Shown here: positions 35,822 through 44,083 of the stretch, one piece after another
Position numbering within the stretch: position 1 is the first letter of the stretch
How the letters are laid out: each line of letters begins with the position of its first letter
NCBI GenBank assembly: GCA_947453695.1
Contig: CANGHW010000005.1
Span: forward strand, 43,091 to 107,090
DNA length: 64,000 nucleotides
Direction: 5' to 3'
Origin: Opitutia bacterium
GTDB lineage: Bacteria; Verrucomicrobiota; Verrucomicrobiia; Opitutales; Opitutaceae
The notes under the pieces: model-generated
Told to the model about the DNA's origin: nothing
The model's database searches: none
The model's input: the letters and a program-made list of their open reading frames with translations, nothing else
Made by a program: the position numbers and the translations under genes

Positions 35822-36718
35822 TTATACTCCGGCCAGCGCGTTCTCGTTGTTGAGGTGCTCGGTGCCGGTGTATTTCTGCGACTGTTCGTCGGCGTGGTAG
35901 CTGGAGCGGACGAGGGCGCCGCTCTCGACGACGCCGAGGCCGATGCTGAGGCCGAAGTTTTTCCAGTGCACGAATTCCTCGGGCGGAGCCCAGCGGGAGA
36001 TCGGGAGGTGCTTGGGTGTAGGCTGGAGATACTGGCCGATCGTGAGGATGTCGGTTTTGTCGGCGGCGATGTCGCGGATCGTCTGCTCGATCTCGTGCTG
36101 CTCCTCGCCGACTCCGAGCATGATGCCGGTCTTCGTCACGAAGCCGCGGCTCTTGGCGTGGCGGAGGACGGAGCGGGAACGGTCGTAGCGGGCTTGGACG
36201 CGGACGGGCTTCTGGAGGCGTTCGACGGTCTCGAGGTTGTGATTGTAGATGTCGGGCTTGGCGTCGAGGACGGTGTCGACGTGCTCCATGTTGCCCTTGA
36301 AGTCCGGGACGAGGACCTCGATGGCGGTTTGCGGGCAGCGATGGCGAATGGCGCGGATGGTCATGGCCCAGACGCTGGCGCCGCCGTCGGCGAGCTCGTC
36401 GCGGGCGACGCTGGTGATGACGCAGTGCTTGAGGTTCATCTTGGCGACGGCGTCGGCGACGCGGGCGGGTTCACCGAAGTCTAGCTCGGTGGGCTTGCCG
36501 GTCTGGATCGCGCAGAAGTTGCAGGAGCGCGTGCAGATGTTGCCGAGGATCATCACGGTGGCGGTGCCGCGGGACCAGCACTCACCGAGGTTGGGGCACT
36601 GGGCGCTCTGGCAGACGGTGTGGAGCTTGTTGTCGTCGACGAGTTTTCGCGTGGCGAGATAGCCGGGGCCGGAAGGCAGCTTGGCTCGGAGCCAGGAAGG
36701 TTTGCGCGTGGTGTCCAT
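35822..36718 (-). CDS. lipA: Lipoyl synthase
   Basis: It has CQSAQCPNLGECW plus the radical-SAM CTRSCNFCAI motif, in a 298-aa protein. Confidence 0.95.
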   Translation of the reverse strand: MDTTRKPSWLRAKLPSGPGYLATRKLVDDNKLHTVCQSAQCPNLGECWSRGTATVMILGNICTRSCNFCAIQTGKPTELDFGEPARVADAVAKMNLKHCVITSVARDELADGGASVWAMTIRAIRHRCPQTAIEVLVPDFKGNMEHVDTVLDAKPDIYNHNLETVERLQKPVRVQARYDRSRSVLRHAKSRGFVTKTGIMLGVGEEQHEIEQTIRDIAADKTDILTIGQYLQPTPKHLPISRWAPPEEFVHWKNFGLSIGLGVVESGALVRSSYHADEQSQKYTGTEHLNNENALAGV

Positions 36719-36758
36719 CGATGAAGGAAAGGGAGGCGAAAGGTGTCGGAGTTAACCG

Positions 36759-36783
36759 CTAATGCACACTAATTTTCACTAAT
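36759..36783. repeat. Three CTAAT pentamers at exact 10-nt spacing in the AT-richer lipB-lipA spacer
   Basis: gCTAATgcacaCTAATtttcaCTAATgcgg has pentamers starting at 36759, 36769 and 36779. They lie 40-65 nt upstream of the lipA start on the transcribed strand. Confidence 0.4.
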
Positions 36784-36837
36784 GCGGAGTCGGAAGAATG
36801 GGGAACGAGACGTGAGCAGAGTCAGTATTAGGGCCGA

Positions 36838-37524
36838 TTAGGCGGTGTGAGTGGCTTCGCTAAGGTGCTGCGGGAGCAGCGTCCAGAATTCGCGGGCGAG
36901 GGTGGCGCGGACGGTAGCGAGGTCCGGGGAGGCGCCGAGCTCGGCGGCCATCGAGGTGACGGTGCCGTCGGTGGCGGCGATGCCGCAGGGCACGATGCCA
37001 TCGAAGTGGGCGAGGTTGGGGGAGACGTTGAGGGCGAAACCGTGATAAGCGACCCAGCGGCGGACGGCGACCCCGAGGGCGGCGATCTTGCGCGGGCCCA
37101 GCCAGATGCCGGTCTTGCCCTCGCGCCGGGTGGCGTCGGGCAGGCCGTGGGCGGCGAGGGTGTTGATCAGGACCTGTTCGAGGAAACGCAGGTAGGCGTG
37201 AAGGTCCTTGCGCGCGGCGAGGGAGACGATCGGGTAGCCGACGATCTGGCCGGGGCCGTGGTAAGTGATGTCGCCGCCGCGATTGGTTTTGACGACCTCG
37301 ACGCCCTCGCGGGCGAGGTGGGCGGCAGACCAGATGAGGTTGGCATCGGCGCCGGCGCGGAGTCCGATGGTAAAAACAGGCGGGTGCTCGGTAAAGACGA
37401 GGGTATCACCGATCTCGCCGGCGATACGCCGGGCCACGAGGTCATCCTGCGCGCGCCAGGCCTCGGCATAGGGCCGGCGGCCCCAGTCGAGCGTGGCGGG
37501 GAAAGGTGAGAGCGTGGCAGACAT
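36838..37524 (-). CDS. lipB: Lipoyl(octanoyl) transferase
   Basis: This is ORF 36838..37692 trimmed to the ATG at 37524 (MSATLSPFPATLDWGRRPY). It has FTEHPPVFTIG, NRGGDITYHGPGQ and KIAALGV blocks. Confidence 0.92.
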   Translation of the reverse strand: MSATLSPFPATLDWGRRPYAEAWRAQDDLVARRIAGEIGDTLVFTEHPPVFTIGLRAGADANLIWSAAHLAREGVEVVKTNRGGDITYHGPGQIVGYPIVSLAARKDLHAYLRFLEQVLINTLAAHGLPDATRREGKTGIWLGPRKIAALGVAVRRWVAYHGFALNVSPNLAHFDGIVPCGIAATDGTVTSMAAELGASPDLATVRATLAREFWTLLPQHLSEATHTA

Positions 37525-37588
37525 GCGCGGGAAGTTTGCGTGGAGACGGTCGCGGCGCAAGGGCCGGACTGCGGACGCGCTGCCGTGG

Positions 37589-38848
37589 TCAGACCAGCCA
37601 AAAGGCGGCGAGTCCCGCGACGGCGGTGGCACCGAGGACGAGCGTGGTTTGGCGACGCAGCACCGTGGACCCGAGGGAGACGGCGAAGGCACCCTTCAGG
37701 AGGGTGTTGGCGATGGCCGCGACGATGATAGCGTGGGCGGCGAGGGTGAGAGTCACATGACCGCTGGTGAGGTTGCCGGCCATGGAGAGTGAGATGGCGT
37801 CCATGTCGGTGAGTCCGGAAACGAAACTGAGGGGGAGCAGGCCGTGCTGCATGAGGTCAAATTGAGTGGCGGCTTTGACGAGCAAGCCGACCACGGCGTA
37901 GATCAGGGCGAACTTGATGGCGGTTTTAAGACTGAGCGGATTGGAGAGCGCCGGGGTCTCGACGACGCTGAGCCCGGGGCGGCGGGCAAACCACATCCAC
38001 GCGCCGTAGACGACGGCCGGAATCGCCATCAGGGCGAAGGGTTTGATCAGAGCCAGGCCGAGATCGGCGTTGATAATGCTGGTGGCGACGATGACGCGCG
38101 GGAGCATCACACTACAGGCCACGACGACCGCCATCGCGTAGTGCTCGGATAGGGCAGGGTCATCCTTGCTCCGGCGGCTGAACGCCAGGGTGGTGGCAGT
38201 GCTGGAGGCAAGTCCGCCAAACACGCTGGTGAGGAGAATACCGGCGCGGGCGCCGACGAGACGCATGGTGACGTAACCGGCGAAGCCGAGGCCGGAGATG
38301 AGGACGACGAGCATCCACGTGGCGTAGGGATTGAAGGCGCCAAACGGGCCGAACGCGCGGTTGGGCACCAGGGGCAAAATTACGCCGGTGATCGCGACGA
38401 ACTGGAGCGTGGCGCGGATATCCTCGGGTTTGAACGCGCGCGTCCAAGCGTGGAGCGTCTGCTTCAGGCCGAGCATCACCACCGTAGTCGCCGCGATCAG
38501 GACGGCGGCCTGACGTTCGTCCCAGTAGACGAGGGCACCAATAAGGACAGTGAGTAACGTGGAGGCGAAGGTGGTGCCGCCGGGGAGGGGGGCGGTGGCG
38601 TTGCGCGCCATGGCGACGACCTGATGGAGGCCGATGAGGGCGACGACGACGGCGAGCAGCATCGGAGCGTGTGCCTCACCGAGGAAGGCGGCGGTGCACC
38701 CGAGCATGGCCCAAAACGAATAGGTGCGGACGCCACCGAGATCGACCTCGCTGTTGGGCGAGTGAGTTTGGTCGCTCCACTGGCGGATGAGGCCGACCAA
38801 GGCGCCGAGGCAGGCGCTCACGACGAGGGAAGTGAGGGGAAGCGTCAC
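37589..38848 (-). CDS. MgtC/SapB-family membrane protein with a DUF4010-type C-terminal half
   Basis: The start is set at the in-frame GTG at 38848 (VTLPLTSLVVSACLGALVGLIRQW). The only upstream ATG (38935) would overlap the lysS start codon. The protein has many transmembrane segments and a GVRTYSFWAMLG block. The start is uncertain. Confidence 0.75.
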   Translation of the reverse strand: MTLPLTSLVVSACLGALVGLIRQWSDQTHSPNSEVDLGGVRTYSFWAMLGCTAAFLGEAHAPMLLAVVVALIGLHQVVAMARNATAPLPGGTTFASTLLTVLIGALVYWDERQAAVLIAATTVVMLGLKQTLHAWTRAFKPEDIRATLQFVAITGVILPLVPNRAFGPFGAFNPYATWMLVVLISGLGFAGYVTMRLVGARAGILLTSVFGGLASSTATTLAFSRRSKDDPALSEHYAMAVVVACSVMLPRVIVATSIINADLGLALIKPFALMAIPAVVYGAWMWFARRPGLSVVETPALSNPLSLKTAIKFALIYAVVGLLVKAATQFDLMQHGLLPLSFVSGLTDMDAISLSMAGNLTSGHVTLTLAAHAIIVAAIANTLLKGAFAVSLGSTVLRRQTTLVLGATAVAGLAAFWLV

Positions 38849-38933
38849 GGCAGGTGAACTGTGTGCCGGGGTGGCGGAGTCGCAAGTTTCCGTTTGCGCC
38901 GGGGGAGGGCAGGGCGCTAATTCCCACCCCTCC

Positions 38934-40424
38934 ATGAGCGACACACCTCCTCTCGATATCAGCCACGACCAGCATGCCGTGCGACGCGCCAAGCTCGCCG
39001 AGATGCGCGCCGGTGGGTTCGATCCGTTTCGCGCCAATGTCGCGACGACGCACTTTTCGGCCGAGGCGAAAGCGCTCTATGTCGACGGCCAAGACAATGT
39101 GGTGAGTGTCACGGTCGCGGGCCGGCTCGTGACCTTCCGCGTGCAAGGCGGCAGCTCGTTCGTGAAGATTCAGGACCAGCAGGGGCCGATTCAGCTCTAT
39201 TTCCGCAAGGATGTGCTCGGGGAAGAGCGCTATCTCGTCTTTAAGAAGGGACTCGATCTGGGTGACATCATCGGTGTGACCGGCGTGTTGTTTAAGACGA
39301 AGACCGGTGAAATCACGGTGCGGGTGGACTCGTTTGTCCTCGTCTCCAAGGCGCTCCGGCCGTTGCCGGAAAAGTGGCACGGGCTGGCGGATGCCGAGCA
39401 GATTTATCGTCAGCGCTATCTCGATCTCATTATCAACGCCGAGTCGCGGCACCGCCTGATGACGCGCTCGAAGATTGTGTCGCACATCCGCCGTTTCCTC
39501 GAGACGCAGAGCTTCATCGAAGTGGAAACGCCGGTGCTGGAATCGACGGCTGGTGGCGCGGCGGCACGGCCGTTTAAGACCCACCACAACGCGCTCGGGG
39601 TGGATTTCTACCTGCGCATTGCGACGGAGCTGCGCCTGAAGCGCATGCTGGTGGGCGGGTTTGATCGGGTGTTCGAGATCGGCCGCATTTTCCGCAACGA
39701 AGGCGTGTCGCGCCGGCACAACCCCGAGTTTACCATGCTCGAGGTTTACCAAGCCTACAGCGACTACCGCGGCATGATGACCCTCATCAAGGATATGCTC
39801 ACGACGCTGATTCGCGACGTGATCAAGCCCGCGGACGGCTCGCTCAAGATCAAGCACGCGGCGAGCGGGCAGGATATCGATTTCGGCGGCGAGTGGCGCG
39901 AGGTGAAATACAAGGACCTCATCCGCGAAGCCACGGGTGATGCCGAGTGGTTCAGCCGCAGCAAGGCGGAGAAGATCTCCGGCGCGGAAAAGCTCGGCCT
40001 CGGCGTGAATCCGGCGTGGGAAGAGTTCGAGATCACCAACGAAATCTTCTCCAAGAAGATCGAGCCGACGCTGATCCAGCCGACCTTCGTCACGCACCTG
40101 CCGAAGGAACTCTGCCCGCTGGCCAAGATCACGCCAGATGATCCGACCACGATCGACGTGTTCGAACTCACGATTGGCGGCATGGAAGTCGCGCCGGCTT
40201 ACTCCGAGCAAAACGACCCCGACGTGCAGCGCACGATGTTCGAGGCGCAAGCCGGCGAGGAGAAGCAGAACATCGACCAGGATTTCCTGCTCGCCCTCGA
40301 GCACGGCATGCCCCCCGCGGGCGGTATGGGCGTGGGTATCGACCGTTTGTGCATCTTGCTCACGGGCGCCGAGAGCATTCGCGACGTTATTCTGTTCCCG
40401 CAGCTGCGTCCCGGGTCGGCATAA
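38934..40424 (+). CDS. lysS: Lysine--tRNA ligase (class II)
   Basis: This is ORF 38787..40424 trimmed to the ATG at 38934 ([21 protein letters not shown]). It has an OB-fold segment ([25 protein letters not shown]), and the class II motifs [18 protein letters not shown] and GMGVGIDRL. Confidence 0.95.
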   Translation: MSDTPPLDISHDQHAVRRAKLAEMRAGGFDPFRANVATTHFSAEAKALYVDGQDNVVSVTVAGRLVTFRVQGGSSFVKIQDQQGPIQLYFRKDVLGEERYLVFKKGLDLGDIIGVTGVLFKTKTGEITVRVDSFVLVSKALRPLPEKWHGLADAEQIYRQRYLDLIINAESRHRLMTRSKIVSHIRRFLETQSFIEVETPVLESTAGGAAARPFKTHHNALGVDFYLRIATELRLKRMLVGGFDRVFEIGRIFRNEGVSRRHNPEFTMLEVYQAYSDYRGMMTLIKDMLTTLIRDVIKPADGSLKIKHAASGQDIDFGGEWREVKYKDLIREATGDAEWFSRSKAEKISGAEKLGLGVNPAWEEFEITNEIFSKKIEPTLIQPTFVTHLPKELCPLAKITPDDPTTIDVFELTIGGMEVAPAYSEQNDPDVQRTMFEAQAGEEKQNIDQDFLLALEHGMPPAGGMGVGIDRLCILLTGAESIRDVILFPQLRPGSA

Positions 40425-40514
40425 ATGGAACCACCGAGGCACGGAGAACACAGAGAGGCGCGTATGACCCCATCTTCTCTGTGAGCTCGGCAACCCGGCG
40501 GTATATCTAGTCCG

Positions 40515-41747
40515 ATGCCCTGGTATCTCTACCTCGCGTTTAAGCAGCTCTTCCCGACCGGGCGGTTTCCGTTCTTCACGGCGATCTCGGTGCTGGGGGT
40601 GACGCTCGGTGTGGCGGTGCTCGTGATCGTGACCAGTGTCATGGGAGGATTCGGCTACGAGATCCGCCGGATGATCGTGGAGACGGAAGGCGAGATCGAC
40701 GTTAAGGCGCGCGGCTATGTGGCCGATCCGCGGGAGATTCTGGCCAAGGTGCGCGCGACGCCCGGCGTGGCCGCGGCGACGCCGTATGCCAAGGGCGCGG
40801 TGGCGGTGCTCGCCGCCGGACGCACGGCCTACCCGATGTTTCGCGGCGTCGACGTCAACTCGGTGGAAAGTGTCACCCAGCTCGGCCGGTTTGTGAACCC
40901 GCGCAGCTCCCTGGCGGCGCTCGACGATGATTCAGTGATCATGAGCTCGGCGCTGGCGAATTCGCTCGGGGTGCGAATCGGCGACAAGATTGAGATCTAT
41001 TCGCCGCTCATCATTGAAAAGATGAAGAGCGACGAGGTGTTTCTGCCACGGGAGTTTCGGGTGATCGGCGATCTTTATATCGGGCACCAGCAACTCGACA
41101 GCAGCACGATCTACGGGACCGTGCGCGCGGCCCAGGACCTCTACGGCCTTGGCAAGGGCGTGCACGGCATCTACGTGCGGGTGAAAGACGGCGAGAACGA
41201 ACACGCCGTGGTGGCGCGGCTGAATGCCACGACCCTGCCGCCGACGATGCGGGCATTTTCGTGGATGGAGAGCTGGGAGGATTTCCTGTGGGTGCTGAAC
41301 CTGGAGAAGAGCATCAATTTCTTTCTGCTGCTCTTCATCGTGATCATCGCAGCGTTTTCGGTGATGAGTTCGCTGCTGATCTCCGTCGTGCGAAAGACCC
41401 GCGAGATCGGCCTGCTCGGCGCGCTGGGTGCGCGGGCGCGCGATGTGGCGCTGTGCTTTTGCGCGCAAGCCTTTATCATCGGCGTGACGGGCACGCTGGC
41501 GGGCGTCGGCCTGGGCTTCGGCGTGCTCGCGATCCGCAACGACCTCGTGCACGGCATCGCGAAGATCATGCAACGGCAGGACACGCTGCGGCAGTTTTAT
41601 CAGTTTTCCGATCTGCCTTCACACACCCTCACCAGCGATCTCGTGCTGACGGTGGTGATGTCGATTGTGATCTCGACTCTGGCCGGGCTGATCCCCGCCT
41701 GGCGGGCGGCGCGACTCAAACCCGTGGAGGCGTTGCGCAGTGAGTAA
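40515..41747 (+). CDS. LolC/LolE-like ABC permease (MacB-type periplasmic domain plus FtsX)
   Basis: The 410-aa protein has an N-terminal transmembrane segment, a large periplasmic domain and a C-terminal FtsX-type 3-TM bundle ending in PAWRAARLKPVEALRSE. Confidence 0.88.
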   Translation: MPWYLYLAFKQLFPTGRFPFFTAISVLGVTLGVAVLVIVTSVMGGFGYEIRRMIVETEGEIDVKARGYVADPREILAKVRATPGVAAATPYAKGAVAVLAAGRTAYPMFRGVDVNSVESVTQLGRFVNPRSSLAALDDDSVIMSSALANSLGVRIGDKIEIYSPLIIEKMKSDEVFLPREFRVIGDLYIGHQQLDSSTIYGTVRAAQDLYGLGKGVHGIYVRVKDGENEHAVVARLNATTLPPTMRAFSWMESWEDFLWVLNLEKSINFFLLLFIVIIAAFSVMSSLLISVVRKTREIGLLGALGARARDVALCFCAQAFIIGVTGTLAGVGLGFGVLAIRNDLVHGIAKIMQRQDTLRQFYQFSDLPSHTLTSDLVLTVVMSIVISTLAGLIPAWRAARLKPVEALRSE

Positions 41748-42420
41748 CCCAATTCAGTCAATGACCAGGGGCGATCCGGTGCTGACGGCCACTGGCCTGC
41801 AGAAATTCTACCAGAGCGGTGACCGCCGCATCGAGGTGCTGCGCAGCGTGGACTTGACGGTCGCAGCAGGTGAGAGCGTGAGCATCCGCGGCGAATCAGG
41901 GTCAGGCAAATCGACGCTGCTCAACCTCCTCGCAGGCCTTGATAGCGCGGATGCCGGCACGCTCGCGTGGGGCGGAGCGCCGGCGAAGGCGAGCCGGCGC
42001 GCGGTGTTTCTCGGAATCGTGTTTCAATCGTTCTACCTAATTCCGGAAATCGACGCGCGAGCCAATGTGCTGATGGCGGCGCGAATGTTGAAGGCCCCGG
42101 GAGCGAAGGAACGGGCGCGGGCCGACGAACTGCTGCAACGCGTGGGGTTGACGGAGCGAGCGACGCATTTGCCGACGCAGCTTTCGGGCGGTGAACGGCA
42201 GCGCGTGGCCGTGGCGCGGGCGCTGATGAATTCGCCGCAGCTGCTGCTGGCGGATGAGCCTACGGGGAACCTGGACGAACACACCGGGGACGTCGTGATC
42301 GAGATGCTGCTGGCGCTTTGCCGTGAGACGGGAACCGCGCTCGTGCTGGTCACGCACAACGTCGCCCACGCGGCCAAGACCGGTCGCCAACTCGTGCTCA
42401 CCAACGGCCGACTCGCCTAG
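41740..42420 (+). CDS. lolD: Lipoprotein-release-type ABC ATPase
   Basis: It has Walker A (GESGSGKSTLLN), the signature LSGGERQRVAVARAL and Walker B (LLLADEPTGNLD). The start is GTG 41740, which overlaps the permease end. An alternative ATG lies at 41761. Confidence 0.9.
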   Translation: MSNPIQSMTRGDPVLTATGLQKFYQSGDRRIEVLRSVDLTVAAGESVSIRGESGSGKSTLLNLLAGLDSADAGTLAWGGAPAKASRRAVFLGIVFQSFYLIPEIDARANVLMAARMLKAPGAKERARADELLQRVGLTERATHLPTQLSGGERQRVAVARALMNSPQLLLADEPTGNLDEHTGDVVIEMLLALCRETGTALVLVTHNVAHAAKTGRQLVLTNGRLA

Positions 42421-42427
42421 GCGGCGT

Positions 42428-42886
42428 TTACCTGATCGGCGGAATTCGCGAAATCTCGCGCGCCGAACACTCCGGACAAATGCTGTGCGTGATCTCGGCA
42501 CGGGTGTGATTGTGGAGGAACGCGTCGACCTTGGACCAATACCCTTCGTCGTCGCGCACTTTGTTGCACCACGCGCAGAGCGGCAGCAGGCCTTTCAACT
42601 CGCGCACCTCGGTCAGCGCGAGTTCGAGCTTTTGGTTGGTCGCCGCGAGTTCGCGCCGCGCGCTTTCGCCGCGGTGCACCGCGAGGCAATGAAAGTAGAT
42701 CATGGGCGGGGCGATGAGGGCGGGGCACAGCATCGTTAGAAAGAGCGCGTGGCTGAGTTTTTCGGGCGCCAGCCCGAAGATCGCGACGGTGCCAAAGACG
42801 ATGAGCAGAGACTCGAGGACGGCGATCAATCCGCCCACGGTCGCGATCGTGAGAGGGGAGTAGCGGAGCAGAATCGAGGTGCGCAT
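42428..42886 (-). CDS. Small membrane protein with a C-terminal CxxC..H..CPxC module
   Basis: The 152-aa protein has two or three N-terminal hydrophobic segments and a short coiled-coil (ELAATNQKLELALTEVRELKG). These are followed by LLPLCAWCNKVRDDEGYWSKVDAFLHNHTRAEITHSICPEC. Confidence 0.7.
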   Translation of the reverse strand: MRTSILLRYSPLTIATVGGLIAVLESLLIVFGTVAIFGLAPEKLSHALFLTMLCPALIAPPMIYFHCLAVHRGESARRELAATNQKLELALTEVRELKGLLPLCAWCNKVRDDEGYWSKVDAFLHNHTRAEITHSICPECSAREISRIPPIR

Positions 42887-43007
42887 GGGCAGTGGGTGAG
42901 TGTTTGGGGTGGCGCGGGAGTGGCAAGCGAGGGAAACGCGCAGGCGGCGCGCGCGACCTACGGAGGATTTTTATGGCCGAGCCCCGGCCCGCCACTACGG
43001 TCAGCGC

Positions 43008-43991
43008 ATGGCAAAGCCCAAGGTTAAGTGCGGAGTCGTCGGCGTTGGCTCGCTCGGCCAGCATCACGCGCGCATCTACGCGTCCCTCCCGGCCGTCGAA
43101 TTCGCCGGCATTTACGAGACGAGTGATGCGCGGGCGGCGGAGATTTGCGCGAAGTTTAATTGCCGGCGGTTTGCGACCCTCGAGGAGCTCGGCGCGGCGT
43201 GTGACGCGGTTTCAGTGGTGGTGCCGACGGATTTGCACGCCAAAGTGGCGCTGCCCTTGCTTGCAAAGGGTGCTCATCTGCTGATCGAGAAGCCGCTGTG
43301 CGCCTCGCTCGAAGAGGCGGAGCAAGTGCTGGCGGCGGCGCGGGCCGCCAACCGCATCGTGCAAGTGGGGCACATCGAGCATTTCAATCCGGTGATGAGT
43401 TTCCTCGAAAAGGAAATCGACGAGCCGCGCTACATCACAGCGGAGCGCCTCGCGCCCTACCAGACGCGTGGAACGGAAGTCGGCGTGGTGCTCGATCTGA
43501 TGATCCATGACATCGGTATCGTGCTGGCGCTCGTGAAATCGCCGATCGCGAAGATAGACAGCGTGGGTGTGACGGTGCTGTCGAAGAGCGAGGACATCGC
43601 GAATGCGCGCATCCAGTTTGCCAACGGCTGCGTGGCCAATCTCAGCGCGAGCCGCATGAGCACGAAGAAGGCGCGCGAGATCCGAATTTTCCAGGGCGAC
43701 GCCTACCTCTCGCTGGATTTCATGAACCAGGCGGGACATCTCGTTAAGAAGAGCGACATCATCGCCTACGGGCTGAAGATGAAGATCGGCCTCGTGAAGC
43801 CCGGCGACCTGAGCGCGATCCCGGTGAAGGAAATCCCCATCGAGAAAGGCGAGCCGCTGGCGCTGGAGCTGGCGAGTTTCGTCGACGCGGTGATGCAGGC
43901 GAAGCAGCCGAAAGTCGGCGCGGCCCTCGGCAAGAGTGCACTCGAAGTGGCGATCACGATCACGGAGCAGATCCGCGCGGCGCAGAAATGA
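43008..43991 (+). CDS. Gfo/Idh/MocA-family NAD(P)-dependent oxidoreductase
   Basis: This is ORF 42900..43991 trimmed to the ATG at 43008 (MAKPKVKCGVVGVGSLGQHH, a Rossmann motif). It has an EKP motif (LLIEKPLC). It lies directly upstream of lpxB. Confidence 0.85.
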   Translation: MAKPKVKCGVVGVGSLGQHHARIYASLPAVEFAGIYETSDARAAEICAKFNCRRFATLEELGAACDAVSVVVPTDLHAKVALPLLAKGAHLLIEKPLCASLEEAEQVLAAARAANRIVQVGHIEHFNPVMSFLEKEIDEPRYITAERLAPYQTRGTEVGVVLDLMIHDIGIVLALVKSPIAKIDSVGVTVLSKSEDIANARIQFANGCVANLSASRMSTKKAREIRIFQGDAYLSLDFMNQAGHLVKKSDIIAYGLKMKIGLVKPGDLSAIPVKEIPIEKGEPLALELASFVDAVMQAKQPKVGAALGKSALEVAITITEQIRAAQK

Positions 43992-44057
43992 AGCGGAATT
44001 TCAAAGGTGGTGCACGCGGCGAAGCGGGGGGCGCATCGGTGACAGTGCAAGAGAGGA

Positions 44058-44077
44058 CCGCACGCTAAGGCGTGCGG
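44058..44077. other. Perfect 8-bp stem / TAAG-loop hairpin just upstream of the lpxB start
   Basis: The sequence is CCGCACGC-TAAG-GCGTGCGG, preceded by A and followed by CTAC. This is the same architecture as 9148..9167, with compensatory changes in the inner four stem positions. Confidence 0.5.
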
Positions 44078-44083
44078 CTACCC

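Noticed and set aside
38676-40493. 605-aa ORF on the minus strand
   Set aside because: It lies entirely antisense to the unmistakable lysS gene. Its translation is R/H/L/G-rich with no motif. Long antisense ORFs are expected in high-G+C DNA.
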